DNA of 40,579 nucleotides, taken from contig JANNAJ010000346.1 in the NCBI GenBank assembly GCA_031384285.1, positions 1 to 40,579 on the forward strand, given 5' to 3'. This document shows, piece by piece, positions 26,132 to 34,430 of the stretch (its first letter is position 1; every line of letters starts with the position of its first letter). The DNA is from Verrucomicrobiota bacterium. Its GTDB lineage: Bacteria; Verrucomicrobiota; Verrucomicrobiia; Limisphaerales; UBA9464. The translations under genes were made by a program, and so were the position numbers. A model generated the notes under the pieces. The model made no database searches and had not been told where the DNA came from. It saw only the letters and a list, made by a program, of their open reading frames with translations.

Positions 26132-26797
26132 CTAGGCGGAAGCCTCGGTCGTCTTCGTGGTCAAAGGCGTCTTCTTGATCTCGCCTTTGCATATCCAGCA
26201 CTTGATACCCAACTTGCCGTACATCGTGCGGGCTTCAGCGAAACCGTAGTCGATGTTGGCGCGCAACGTGTGCAGAGGAACACTGCCCTCGTGGTAGGTC
26301 TCCACCCGGGAGATCTCCGCGCCGCCGAGCCGGCCACCGCAGCGGACCTTGATGCCTTCGGCACCGAAATCCATCGCGGTCTGCAACGCCTTCTTCATCG
26401 CGCGGCGGAAAGAGATGCGGCGTTCCAACTGGATGGCGATGTTGACCGCCACCAACTGTGCGTCGATCTCGGGCTGCTTGACCTCTTGGATGTCGACATA
26501 GACATCCTTGCCGGTGAGCTTCGAAAGATCTTCCTTCAGCTTGTCGATCTCGGTGCCCTTGCGGCCGATGACCACACCGGGACGGGCCGTGAAGATCGTC
26601 ACGCGGCAGCGGGAAGCGGCGCGCTCGATGTTGATACGAGGAACGGACGCGGACTCGAGACGACGTTGGAGGGTCTCCCGGATGATGCGGTCCTCATGCA
26701 ACAGAGCCCCGAACTCCTTGTTGGACGCGAACCACTTCGAGCGCCAGTCATGGTTGACCGGGATGCGGAAGCCTATCGGATTGGTTTTCTGGCCCAT
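26132..26797 (-). CDS. rpsC: 30S ribosomal protein S3
   Basis: [24 protein letters not shown]...[10 protein letters not shown]. Confidence 0.97.
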   Translation of the reverse strand: MGQKTNPIGFRIPVNHDWRSKWFASNKEFGALLHEDRIIRETLQRRLESASVPRINIERAASRCRVTIFTARPGVVIGRKGTEIDKLKEDLSKLTGKDVYVDIQEVKQPEIDAQLVAVNIAIQLERRISFRRAMKKALQTAMDFGAEGIKVRCGGRLGGAEISRVETYHEGSVPLHTLRANIDYGFAEARTMYGKLGIKCWICKGEIKKTPLTTKTTEASA

Positions 26798-26801
26798 ATG
26801 C

Positions 26802-27134
26802 TTACTTGTCCGTGAGAACGATCTTGATATGGCAGCTGCGCTTCAGCATGGGGCCGGCGGACCCGCGCGCCTTGGGCAGGAAGCGTTTCATGCTGCCGGC
26901 GGTGAGAGCGTGGGCCTCGGCGATGACCAAGGTCTCGGACTTGAGACCGTGGTTGTTCTCGGCGTTGGCGATCGCGGACTTGAGCGTCTTCGCGACGGCG
27001 GTAGCGGCCTTGCGGCGCACGAAACCGAGCGTGGAGAGCGCTTGGACCGCGTTCATCCCCCTGACCTGGCGCACGACCTCGCGCGCCTTCTGGGCGGACA
27101 TCCGGAGATTTTTGTATGTGGCGGTGACTTCCAT
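26802..27134 (-). CDS. rplV: 50S ribosomal protein L22
   Basis: [28 protein letters not shown]...[32 protein letters not shown]. Confidence 0.96.
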   Translation of the reverse strand: MEVTATYKNLRMSAQKAREVVRQVRGMNAVQALSTLGFVRRKAATAVAKTLKSAIANAENNHGLKSETLVIAEAHALTAGSMKRFLPKARGSAGPMLKRSCHIKIVLTDK

Positions 27135-27148
27135 GCGAATCCTTGGGA

Positions 27149-27430
27149 CTACTTGGCTTCGGCCTTTGCCGTGTGGGCGCCGTGCTTCTTGAAGGTCCGG
27201 GTGATCGAGAATTCTCCCAATTTATGCCCGACCATGTTCTCGGTCACGAACACCGGGTTGAATACCTTCCCGTTGTGGACGTTGAACGTCAGCCCGACGA
27301 AATCGGGCGTGATGGTGGACCGACGGGACCAGGTCTTGATCGGCAACTTCGACTTCGAAGTCTTGGCCTTCTCGACTTTGTCCAACAGATACAGGTCGAC
27401 AAACGGACCCTTTTTTAGCGAACGTCCCAT
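27149..27430 (-). CDS. rpsS: 30S ribosomal protein S19
   Basis: [12 protein letters not shown]...[25 protein letters not shown]...MVGHKLGEF. Confidence 0.97.
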   Translation of the reverse strand: MGRSLKKGPFVDLYLLDKVEKAKTSKSKLPIKTWSRRSTITPDFVGLTFNVHNGKVFNPVFVTENMVGHKLGEFSITRTFKKHGAHTAKAEAK

Positions 27431-27434
27431 ACGC

Positions 27435-28283
27435 TTACTTGAGTTTCATCGGCCGACCATCGCGACGAACGAGGATGAACCGGTTCGATATCTTGCGCTT
27501 GTTGCGGGTGCGGGCACCCTTGGCAAGTTTGCCCCACGGCGACATCAGGTGCTGGCGTCCGCCACCACCCTTAGATTTGCCCTGGCCGCCACCGTTCGGG
27601 TGGTCGACCGGGTTGCGGACCATGCCGCGGCTCATCGGGCGCTTGCCCAACCACACGTTGCGGCCGGCCTTGCCGATGGTGACATTCTCCCATTGGGCAT
27701 TGCCGACCTGGCCGATGGTGGCCAAGCAACGTTCGTGGATCAACCGGATCTCACCGGACGGTAGCTTCACCTGGGCATACCCGCCGTCCCGCGACATCAG
27801 CGTCGCGAACGAACCGGCAGAGCGGACGATCTGGGCACCACGGCCCGGGACGAGTTCGATGTTGTGGATGCTGACGCCGACCGGGATGATCCCGAGAGGA
27901 AGAGCGTTGCCGACGGTCGGGGCCGCCGCATCACCGCTCATCAAGGTGTCGCCCACTTTGATCCCGTCCGGAGCGACGATGTACGTCTTCTCCTTGTCGG
28001 AATATTCCAAGAGGGCGATACGGGCGCTGCGGCCCGGGTCGTATTCGATGGCGACGACGGTCGCCGGCACACCGAACTTCTTCCGCATGAAGTCGACGAT
28101 GCGGATCTTCTGCTTGTGCCCGCCACCGATGGCGCGGGCGGTCACCCGGCCGTAGTTGTTGCGGCCACCAGTCTTCTTCTTGGTGAACACAAGCGAACTT
28201 TCCGGGTACGTCTTTGTGACGTCCGAAAAATCCTGCACGGTCGTATACCGCTGGGACGGCGTTAACGGTCTAAACGTTTTCAC
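27435..28283 (-). CDS. rplB: 50S ribosomal protein L2 (first gene of the cluster here)
   Basis: GTG start at 28283. [11 protein letters not shown]...[17 protein letters not shown]...[10 protein letters not shown]. No ribosomal-protein gene lies upstream. Confidence 0.96.
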   Translation of the reverse strand: MKTFRPLTPSQRYTTVQDFSDVTKTYPESSLVFTKKKTGGRNNYGRVTARAIGGGHKQKIRIVDFMRKKFGVPATVVAIEYDPGRSARIALLEYSDKEKTYIVAPDGIKVGDTLMSGDAAAPTVGNALPLGIIPVGVSIHNIELVPGRGAQIVRSAGSFATLMSRDGGYAQVKLPSGEIRLIHERCLATIGQVGNAQWENVTIGKAGRNVWLGKRPMSRGMVRNPVDHPNGGGQGKSKGGGGRQHLMSPWGKLAKGARTRNKRKISNRFILVRRDGRPMKLK

Positions 28284-28286
28284 AGC

Positions 28287-28343
28287 AAAAAAATCACGAA
28301 GCGGAGCTCACGCGGGGTTCGGCCATAATTCCCTCCCCGCGTG
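28287..28343 (-). promoter_or_regulatory. rplB 5' leader: 9-bp perfect hairpin plus a U7 tract immediately upstream of the GTG start
   Basis: On the minus strand, CACGCGGGG (28343-28335), a 17-nt loop and CCCCGCGTG (28317-28309) are followed by 15 nt and then TTTTTTT (28293-28287), 3 nt before the GTG. No Shine-Dalgarno sequence is present. Confidence 0.4.
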
Positions 28344-28404
28344 GAGCGGATTGGTTGTCGGCCTAACCGACTTCCCGCAGCAACCAGTTACAATTGAAAC
28401 GGGA

Positions 28405-28460
28405 GCGCAGAGCTTAGGAATTGGAGGCTTCGCTGCAATACCTTTTTTGATTTTTTTCGC
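28405..28460 (-). promoter_or_regulatory. candidate sigma-70-type promoter with an A-tract UP element for the rplB-led cluster
   Basis: On the minus strand, CGAAAAAAATCAAAAAAGG is an UP-like A-tract (28441-28459). TTGCAG (28438-28433) is followed by a 16-nt spacer and TAAGCT (28416-28411). It lies in a locally AT-rich stretch of an otherwise GC-rich window. Confidence 0.4.
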
Positions 28461-28760
28461 GGACCGACACGGGACACGCCAACGACAAAGGCGATGAAGC
28501 CCATTGTTTGCGGCACTTCTGTTGAGGTCGCAGCCGTCACGGACGACACCTGGAAAATGTCCATGCATGTGCGGATCGTTGATGACCTCGTGCGACCAAG
28601 GAGTCGGCGGCGTGACGGTTCGAAATGGCGACCGGAGCGGACGACCAGGCATCCACTGGATCTCTGCGGCACCTGCGATCGAACGATGCCGCCGCATCCG
28701 GGAAAGATGCTTCCCGGGTTCGGGGTTGAATTTTTTGACCCGGCCTCCAAGCGTCCCACC

Positions 28761-29207
28761 ATGCTCAAGCACTCCCTGATCCATCCGGAGATCAACGCCA
28801 TCCTCGGCCGCGCGGGCCACCACGCGAAGGTCCTCATCGCGGACGGCAACTATCCCGCTTCGACGAAGAAAGGCCCGAACGCACAGGTGATCCACCTCAA
28901 CCTGGCGCCCGGCTGTGTCACGGTCGCGCAGGTGCTCAAAGCCATCCTGAGCGCGGTCCCGGTGGATCTCGTGAACACCATGGGCATCCCGGCGGACGAC
29001 GCGTACGCCAAGTTCGGCGAACCTCCGGCGTGGGCGGAATTCCGCGAGATCGTGGCGGCCAACGACCCGGAACCACGGTTGGAGCCGGTGCTGAAGTGGG
29101 ATTTCTACAAAGCCGTCGAGTCGCCCGACCATGTGCTCACCGTGCAGACCGGTGACCAAGCTCTGTGGGCCAACGTGCTCCTCACGCTCGGTTGCCGGAC
29201 TGTCTGA
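28761..29207 (+). CDS. RbsD/FucU family sugar mutarotase/pyranase
   Basis: ATG at 28761 inside track ORF 28494..29207. MLKHSLIHPEINAILGRAGHHAKVLIADGNYPA matches the RbsD/FucU N-terminal signature. The upstream 89 codons of the track ORF do not look protein-like. Confidence 0.85.
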   Translation: MLKHSLIHPEINAILGRAGHHAKVLIADGNYPASTKKGPNAQVIHLNLAPGCVTVAQVLKAILSAVPVDLVNTMGIPADDAYAKFGEPPAWAEFREIVAANDPEPRLEPVLKWDFYKAVESPDHVLTVQTGDQALWANVLLTLGCRTV

Positions 29208-29254
29208 GCACCCGATCCCGCTGCGGCGCTGGCGACGTCGCCTCGACCCGGGAC

Positions 29255-29890
29255 CTACCGTCCGGCCTTGGCCGGCAACGTCGCGGCGAGCGCGGCGACC
29301 GACTCCGCTGGTTCTTGGCCCAGGCCAGCTTGACGGTGGATGATCTCGCCCTCGGCGTTCAGCACCGTGATGACGTTGGAATGGGCGAACTGGCCGCGCG
29401 CATCGCGCTGATAGTTCACACCGAGCAGGACGGCGAGTTCGCGCACGTCGTCGGGCCGTCCCGTGAGCAGGGTCCAGTGGTCCGTGCCAAGGTGCATCTG
29501 CTCACGATAGGCGCGCAGGGCCTCGGGGGTGTCGCGTTCCGTATCGAAGCTGACGAGCACGAAATCCACACGGTCGCGCTGTTCCGGAGAGAGGGTCCGC
29601 TGGATCCGCTGGAGGTCGCTCACGATGATGGGACAGGCGGATTCGCAGCGGGTGAAGACCATGGCCAGCACCTGCGGGCGACCGCGCAGCACGCCGAGCT
29701 TCACCTTGCGGCCGACATCGGACGTCCACGTGGAATCGAGCAGATAAAGCGATCGGTCGGTGGGCGCGTTCGTGGCCAGCGCGGCGCGACAGCAGGGCGG
29801 CGGACGGGTCACGGAGGGCGTCGTGACCGGACCTGCCCGCAGGAGCATCACGGGACCGAAGGCGATGAACAACGCGAGAGAAGTCTTCAT
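29255..29890 (-). CDS. senC: SCO1/SenC family copper chaperone (thioredoxin fold)
   Basis: N-terminal signal peptide. The CxxxC copper motif in FTRCESACP and the downstream His (FAHSNVITVLN) are present. There is a 4-nt ATGA overlap with the upstream FGE-like gene. Confidence 0.85.
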   Translation of the reverse strand: MKTSLALFIAFGPVMLLRAGPVTTPSVTRPPPCCRAALATNAPTDRSLYLLDSTWTSDVGRKVKLGVLRGRPQVLAMVFTRCESACPIIVSDLQRIQRTLSPEQRDRVDFVLVSFDTERDTPEALRAYREQMHLGTDHWTLLTGRPDDVRELAVLLGVNYQRDARGQFAHSNVITVLNAEGEIIHRQAGLGQEPAESVAALAATLPAKAGR

Positions 29891-30849
29891 GGAGCGGGAG
29901 ACGGGCGGACAGGAGGCTCAGGCAGGTCCTGGGCGCAGCGGAAGCCGAGGTTGTGGACGGCGTACGGCGCTTGCAGGCTGCTGCGGAGACCGAAGCGGAG
30001 GAACGCGGCGTAGTCCGCCGGATTCTTCGCCGACTGCGAGCCGCTGCCGCAGAAGAGCCGCCGCTCAAGCCCCGCATCACCGCGCGCGTCGCCGGTGACC
30101 ATCGCGGTGTTGAAGTCCGACACCCACTCCCAGACAAGGCCGTGCAAGTCCAGCACGCCGAAACAATTCGCCCGGCCGCCGCCGACCGGGGGCAGACGCC
30201 CGGGTGACGGGGCCGAGTGCCAAGCGGCGATCTGTCTCTGGAAATCGGCGTCGTTCTCGCCGTCCGGGCGCGTGGGGCTCGCGGCGGCGGCGAGTTCCCA
30301 CTCGGATGTGGTGGGAAGACGCTTGCCCTTCCATGACGCGTAGGCCTTGGCCGCGAACCAAGAGACCTGGGTCACCGGGCTGTCCGCCGGCGAGGAGGCG
30401 CCCGGCTGCAGGTCGCCGGTCCAGTCCGCGAGATAATTGGCGTCCGCGAAGAGCCGCTTCACTTGCGACCGGCGCCAACGTGGGTTCGCGCGGACGAAAC
30501 CGAGGAAGTCGCCGTTCGTGACCGGCAACCGGTCCAGCGCGAATGCCTTGACCGGCACCTGCTTGGCGTCGGTCTGGCTGCCGAAGGGCGGCTGGTAGAC
30601 ACCGGCGGGCACGGCGACCATGCCCACCGGTGGGCGGGCATGCTCAGGACTTCCCGCTGCGAGCACCTTGGCGAAAGCCACGAGACAGGCGATGGACAAA
30701 ATCACGGCCGTCGACATCGCAAGCCCCGGCTTCGACGGAAGGGCCGCCGTCACCCAGCCTCCGCCCTGCGGCCGGCGGTGGACCGCCGGTCGCAGGGACA
30801 GCATCGGCGGCCTGTTCTTCTTGCGAAGAGGTTCTCCGATGGGGCTCAT
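29887..30849 (-). CDS. nirV: formylglycine-generating-enzyme (SUMF1) family protein, NirV-like
   Basis: RLPVTNGDFLGFV, KGKRLPTTSEWELAA, HGLVWEWVSDF and NLGFRCA are FGE-sulfatase domain hallmarks. It has an N-terminal hydrophobic anchor and starts 10 nt downstream of nirK, the position of nirV in other nirK loci. The start codon is uncertain (M1 at 30849 versus internal Met codons). Confidence 0.8.
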   Translation of the reverse strand: MSPIGEPLRKKNRPPMLSLRPAVHRRPQGGGWVTAALPSKPGLAMSTAVILSIACLVAFAKVLAAGSPEHARPPVGMVAVPAGVYQPPFGSQTDAKQVPVKAFALDRLPVTNGDFLGFVRANPRWRRSQVKRLFADANYLADWTGDLQPGASSPADSPVTQVSWFAAKAYASWKGKRLPTTSEWELAAAASPTRPDGENDADFQRQIAAWHSAPSPGRLPPVGGGRANCFGVLDLHGLVWEWVSDFNTAMVTGDARGDAGLERRLFCGSGSQSAKNPADYAAFLRFGLRSSLQAPYAVHNLGFRCAQDLPEPPVRPSPAP

Positions 30850-30859
30850 CGTCGGTGCC

Positions 30860-32401
30860 TCACTCGAAGGTGTTGGCCGGAGGAGGCGGGGCCTCGCTGC
30901 GGATGCGGCGGACCTCGGCGACGCTCACCGCGTCCCCGCTGTTGCCCCAACTGTTGCGCACGTAGGTGACCACGTTGGCGATGTCGTCATCGGGAAGATA
31001 GTTCAGCGGGATCATCGTGCCGCTGAACTTGGTCCCGTTGACGGTGACCTCGCCCGACATGCCTTGCAGCACGGCCCGCACGGAACGTTCCTTGTCCGCC
31101 ATCAGGAAGTCCGACTTGGCCAACGGAGGGATCTGCCCCGCGATGCCCTGCCCTTCGACCTGATGGCACACGAAACAGGTCTGCATGAAGACCTGCTTGC
31201 CCTTCTCGACCTGGATCTCCTTGGTCAGGCTGGCGATGCGCGGGTCGGTCTTGATGGCCTCCTTCATCTGAGCCTGCAACGACGCGACCTTCTTCTCCGA
31301 ATCGCTGCCCGCCTCGGCCTGGCGTCCGAGATACACCGCGTCGACCTCCTTGCCGGAATAGACGAGCAGGTCCTCCTTGCCGCTGACCTTCAGCATGCCG
31401 AGCGCGCCCTTGTTGAAGGCCCGGGAAAGCGAGTGGTCCACGATCACGAACGTGCCCGGCACCTGCACCTTGAAGTCGACGATGGCCGATCCGCCGGCCG
31501 GGACGAGCGTGGTCTGGACGTTCTGCTGCGACGCGACGGTGCCGCCCTCGGGATAGACACGGTCGAAGATCTCGCCGATGACGTGGAACGACGAGAGCAG
31601 GTTGGGCCCGCCGTTGCCGACGTAGAGCCGCACCGTCTCGCCGACTTTGGCCGTGATGGCCTTGTCGCCCACGAGCGCGCCGACGGATCCGTTGAAGACG
31701 ACATAGGTCGGCCGTTCGTCGATGGCCTTCTCCTGGTCGAAGGTCTGCAGGCCGGGCGTGCCGTATCTGCCGGTGGTGTAGACATCGCCCTGCATCACGT
31801 AGTATTCGCGGTCCACCTTCGGCAGCCCCTCCTTCGGCTCGACGAGGATGAGCCCGTACATGCCGTTGCCGATGTGCATGGGCACCGGCGCGGTCGCGCA
31901 ATGGTAGACGTAGAGGCCGGGGTTGAGCGCCTTGAACGAGAACCGGGACGAATGCCCCGGCGCGGTGAACGACGACGCGGCACCGCCGCCCGGCCCGGTG
32001 ACGGCGTGCAGGTCGATGTTGTGCGGCATCTTCGACGACGGATGGTTCGCAAGCGTGAACTCGACCAGGTCGCCCTCCCTCACCCGGATGAACAGGCCGG
32101 GGACCTCCCCTCCGAACGTCCAGAAAAGGTAGTCCACGCCGTCCGCCAACCGGCGCACGACCTCCTTCACCTCGACGTCGACGAGGACCTTGGTCGCGTG
32201 CCGTCGGGTGATCGGCGGCGGCACCATCGGCGCATGGGTGAGCACGGCCTTCTCCTCGCCCTGGATCTCCGGATCGATGACCTTGGGCGACGCGCCCGGG
32301 CTGTCGGCGGCGAGCGCGGTGGATGCCAGCAAAAGGCCGGACAAGAACTTGGCCCAGCGCGCGGCGCGCGCTGGCGATGATTGGTGGGGCGGGTTCTTCA
32401 T
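30860..32401 (-). CDS. nirK: copper-containing nitrite reductase (AniA-like class) with a fused C-terminal class I cytochrome c domain
   Basis: ATG at 32401 (MKNPPHQ..., signal-like [16 protein letters not shown]) inside track ORF 30860..32629. Motifs are [15 protein letters not shown] and [35 protein letters not shown] (type 1 and type 2 Cu ligands). The C-terminal CFVCH haem motif is followed by a distal Met region. Confidence 0.93.
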   Translation of the reverse strand: MKNPPHQSSPARAARWAKFLSGLLLASTALAADSPGASPKVIDPEIQGEEKAVLTHAPMVPPPITRRHATKVLVDVEVKEVVRRLADGVDYLFWTFGGEVPGLFIRVREGDLVEFTLANHPSSKMPHNIDLHAVTGPGGGAASSFTAPGHSSRFSFKALNPGLYVYHCATAPVPMHIGNGMYGLILVEPKEGLPKVDREYYVMQGDVYTTGRYGTPGLQTFDQEKAIDERPTYVVFNGSVGALVGDKAITAKVGETVRLYVGNGGPNLLSSFHVIGEIFDRVYPEGGTVASQQNVQTTLVPAGGSAIVDFKVQVPGTFVIVDHSLSRAFNKGALGMLKVSGKEDLLVYSGKEVDAVYLGRQAEAGSDSEKKVASLQAQMKEAIKTDPRIASLTKEIQVEKGKQVFMQTCFVCHQVEGQGIAGQIPPLAKSDFLMADKERSVRAVLQGMSGEVTVNGTKFSGTMIPLNYLPDDDIANVVTYVRNSWGNSGDAVSVAEVRRIRSEAPPPPANTFE

Positions 32402-32493
32402 GGTGGTGGGTCTTCCGATCTTCGTTGCCGGCCGGACGTCGCCGGCCGCGGTTGTGGATCTGGGTTGGCGGGCGCGGTCCGGCCACGACGGGG

Positions 32494-32889
32494 TCATGCC
32501 GTCAGCGGGATGCGGCCGGCCGCGGGCGGGTGGGGTGCCGGAATCGGCCCCCCGGGTCTCGCCAAGGTCAGCAGCATCGAGAAGCGTTCCGTCGCCTTCA
32601 CGGCATGGAGCAGGCCGGGCGGCATCCACACGAGGTCGCCGGATCCCAGCGCGCGCGCGACGCCGCCGAGCGTCACCTCGCAGGAGCCGGACAGCACCTG
32701 GATGAGCGCTTGTTGCGTCGACGTGTGCTCGGTGAGCTCTTGGCCGGCCGCGAAGCCGAACAGCACGACACGCAGGTCGGGCGTGCTGAGCAACGTGCGG
32801 CTCACGATGCCTTGGTCGGCATACCGGGTCTCCAGCGGCAACGAGAGCACGCCGGGCCGGTCCGATGAGAACGACGGGGAAGTCTGCAC
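32494..32889 (-). CDS. cupin-2 domain protein, first gene of the nirK operon
   Basis: This is the 3' part of track ORF 32494..33438. [25 protein letters not shown] and [16 protein letters not shown] are cupin motifs 1 and 2. The start is assigned to the in-frame GTG at 32889, 41.5 bp from the box centre. An alternative GTG lies at 32850. The upstream part of the ORF overlaps the GYD gene and regulatory DNA. Confidence 0.7.
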   Translation of the reverse strand: MQTSPSFSSDRPGVLSLPLETRYADQGIVSRTLLSTPDLRVVLFGFAAGQELTEHTSTQQALIQVLSGSCEVTLGGVARALGSGDLVWMPPGLLHAVKATERFSMLLTLARPGGPIPAPHPPAAGRIPLTA

Positions 32890-32923
32890 GTCCCCAGCTT
32901 GGGGTGCCCGGACCGGACCCGCC

Positions 32924-32937
32924 TTGATGCGGGTCAA
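32924..32937 (-). promoter_or_regulatory. Crp/Fnr (Dnr/ANR-type) box TTGATGCGGGTCAA, centred 41.5 bp from the cupin GTG
   Basis: The 14-mer matches TTGAT-N4-GTCAA. Its centre at 32930.5 minus 41.5 gives 32889. CAAGCT lies at -12..-7 on the minus strand. Confidence 0.7.
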
Positions 32938-32967
32938 GGCTCCGTCATCCGGCCTCGCACCGATGTC

Positions 32968-32981
32968 TTGACCGCCGTCAA
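32968..32981 (+). promoter_or_regulatory. Crp/Fnr-type box TTGACCGCCGTCAA (perfect half-site dyad), centred 41.5 bp from the GYD ATG
   Basis: TTGAC and GTCAA form a perfect inverted repeat. The centre at 32974.5 plus 41.5 gives 33016. CACATT lies at -12..-7. Confidence 0.7.
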
Positions 32982-33015
32982 CGCGCGGGCCGCCGCCATC
33001 GCGCACATTCCGCGC

Positions 33016-33303
33016 ATGCCCACTTACATCGCGTTGCTCCGCTTCACCGAAGCCGGCGCCAAAGACATCGGACATTCCGTCTCCCGCGCCCTCGCCTTCG
33101 ACGACATCGCAAGGAAGGCCGGAGTCAAGATCGTGGGCCAGTGGTGGACCCTGGGCCGCTACGACGGCGTCCTGGTGCTGAGCTGCGACGACGGCACCCG
33201 GATCGGTCGTCTGTTGGCGGAGCTCAACGCGGGCGGGAGCGTCCGCTGCGAGACGACACCGGCCTACGACAGCGAGGAGTTCGCCGCGCTGGTCCGCCGC
33301 TGA
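33016..33303 (+). CDS. GYD domain-containing protein (95 aa)
   Basis: ATG at 33016 inside track ORF 32899..33303. MPTYIALLRFTEAGAKDI...QWWTLGRYDGVLVL has the typical GYD-family length and motif. Confidence 0.8.
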   Translation: MPTYIALLRFTEAGAKDIGHSVSRALAFDDIARKAGVKIVGQWWTLGRYDGVLVLSCDDGTRIGRLLAELNAGGSVRCETTPAYDSEEFAALVRR

Positions 33304-33356
33304 GAAGAACCGACCCACTCCACGGCGGTCCTGCGCTTCCCGGCGGTGTCGACCGC

Positions 33357-34172
33357 TCAATCGGCCCGCCGGTCGGCCTGCTGGGCGGCCTGCTGGGCGG
33401 CCCGGCGCAGGGTCTCCACGAAGGCGACCAGATCCCAACGTTCGCCCTCGGTGGTCGCCTCCGAGAAGCTGGGCATCGGAGTGCCGTTCAGGCCGGTGAC
33501 CAGCGCCTTGTAGATGTCCCGCGGGCCGGGCCCGCTGCCGATCGAGGGCAGGCCGAGGTCCCGAGGTCTGGCCGGTCGGCCGAGATCATCTTCCAGGTTC
33601 CCAGCGGAGGGGCCGTCGCCCTTGCCTTCCGTGCCGTGGCAGGCCGCGCAGGCACGCACGAAGAACGCCTTTCCCCGGACCGCGTGCCGGTCGTGCTCGA
33701 CGGGGTCGGACATCCAGCCCGGAGCCTCGGGGATGGCGACCGGCGCAGCGAAGTTCTGCGGCTTGTCCCAACGCGAGGAGAACGACTTCACGTAGGCGAC
33801 GACCGAACGCACCTCCCGGTCGCCCAGTTGCGCGAACACGGGCATCGCGCTGCCGTAGACCCCGCCGCGGATCGTGCGCTCCAGATCGGCGTCGGACGGG
33901 AGCGCTCCCGACGGCGTGCTGCGGTACTTGAAGACGCCGGCGGAGAACTTCCGCGGACGCGGGAGCATCCCTTTCGCCATCTCGCCGTCGCCGTCGCCCC
34001 AGCGCCCGTGGCAGACCTGGCAATTCCGTTCGTAGACGAAGCGGCCTTCCGGGATGAGCGACATCTCCGGCGGACGGAACCACGACGGAGCGGCCTCCGC
34101 GGCCGCGGCACCCGTCGCGAGGAAAAACGCGCAAAACGCGCACCAGATCGTTGTCCTCAGGCGAAAGCTCAC
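33357..34172 (-). CDS. dihaem c-type cytochrome (two class I-like domains), secreted
   Basis: GTG start at 34172 and a signal peptide (TTIWCAFCAFFLATGAAAA). Two CxxCH motifs (CQVCH, CAACH) are each followed by a G..G..MP region that supplies the Met ligand. Confidence 0.85.
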   Translation of the reverse strand: MSFRLRTTIWCAFCAFFLATGAAAAEAAPSWFRPPEMSLIPEGRFVYERNCQVCHGRWGDGDGEMAKGMLPRPRKFSAGVFKYRSTPSGALPSDADLERTIRGGVYGSAMPVFAQLGDREVRSVVAYVKSFSSRWDKPQNFAAPVAIPEAPGWMSDPVEHDRHAVRGKAFFVRACAACHGTEGKGDGPSAGNLEDDLGRPARPRDLGLPSIGSGPGPRDIYKALVTGLNGTPMPSFSEATTEGERWDLVAFVETLRRAAQQAAQQADRRAD

Positions 34173-34382
34173 GAGACGGAGACCGCGACCAGCTCAACGA
34201 GCACCCTCGCGACGATCTCCGTGCCGAGCCCGGAGCGGGCGTCGCGGTCTTGACGGATCCAGCCCGCGGGTATCGGCGTCGGCCTAGGTTGCATGTCCGA
34301 CAGCAGACCCGTGTGCGAAGATCCCGTCCACCCGCGGCTTGCCCGACACCGCTCCGCGATTGCGCGCCCCGGGAAGGAAGCA

Positions 34383-34396
34383 TTGATCAAAGTCAA
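34383..34396 (+). promoter_or_regulatory. Crp/Fnr-type box TTGATCAAAGTCAA, centred 41.5 bp from the porin ATG
   Basis: The centre at 34389.5 plus 41.5 gives 34431. CACCGT lies at -12..-7. Confidence 0.7.
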
Positions 34397-34430
34397 TGCG
34401 GCGGCAGCCGGGGTCCGGCACCGTGCCTCC

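Noticed and set aside
28617-28626. GGTTCGAAAT, reminiscent of a tRNA T-loop
   Set aside because: The flanking bases do not form a T-stem (GACGG versus TGGCG), and no acceptor or anticodon arms can be drawn. I found no tRNA in the window.
28698-28736. Hairpin CCGGGAA-agatgc-TTCCCGG followed by T6, upstream of the RbsD/FucU gene
   Set aside because: The T-run is 13 nt away from the stem, and no plus-strand gene ends upstream, so it is not a credible intrinsic terminator. It may be part of the 5' UTR, but evidence is insufficient.
28494-28760. 89-codon N-terminal extension of the RbsD/FucU ORF, and the overlapping ORFs 28504..28779 (plus) and 28388..28849 (minus)
   Set aside because: RbsD/FucU homology starts at MLKHSLIHPE (ATG at 28761). 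The extension is Arg/Cys-rich with no family resemblance. The minus-strand ORF is not L23-like.
30620-32486. 586-aa plus-strand ORF and 499-aa minus-strand ORF overlapping nirK
   Set aside because: The nirK frame (30860..32401) carries all the copper-ligand and haem motifs. The alternatives are Arg-rich off-frame products.
33375-33402. Tandem 12-nt repeat GGCCTGCTGGGC, two copies plus a partial third
   Set aside because: It lies inside the cytochrome c coding region (AAQQAAQQ tail). It is a simple in-frame slippage duplication, not a repeat array or CRISPR.
32890-33438. Upstream 183 codons of track ORF 32494..33438 (would give a 314-aa cupin-containing protein)
   Set aside because: The region is Arg/Pro/Gly-rich and overlaps the opposite-strand GYD gene and both Crp/Fnr boxes. 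Only the last ~131 codons look like a cupin.
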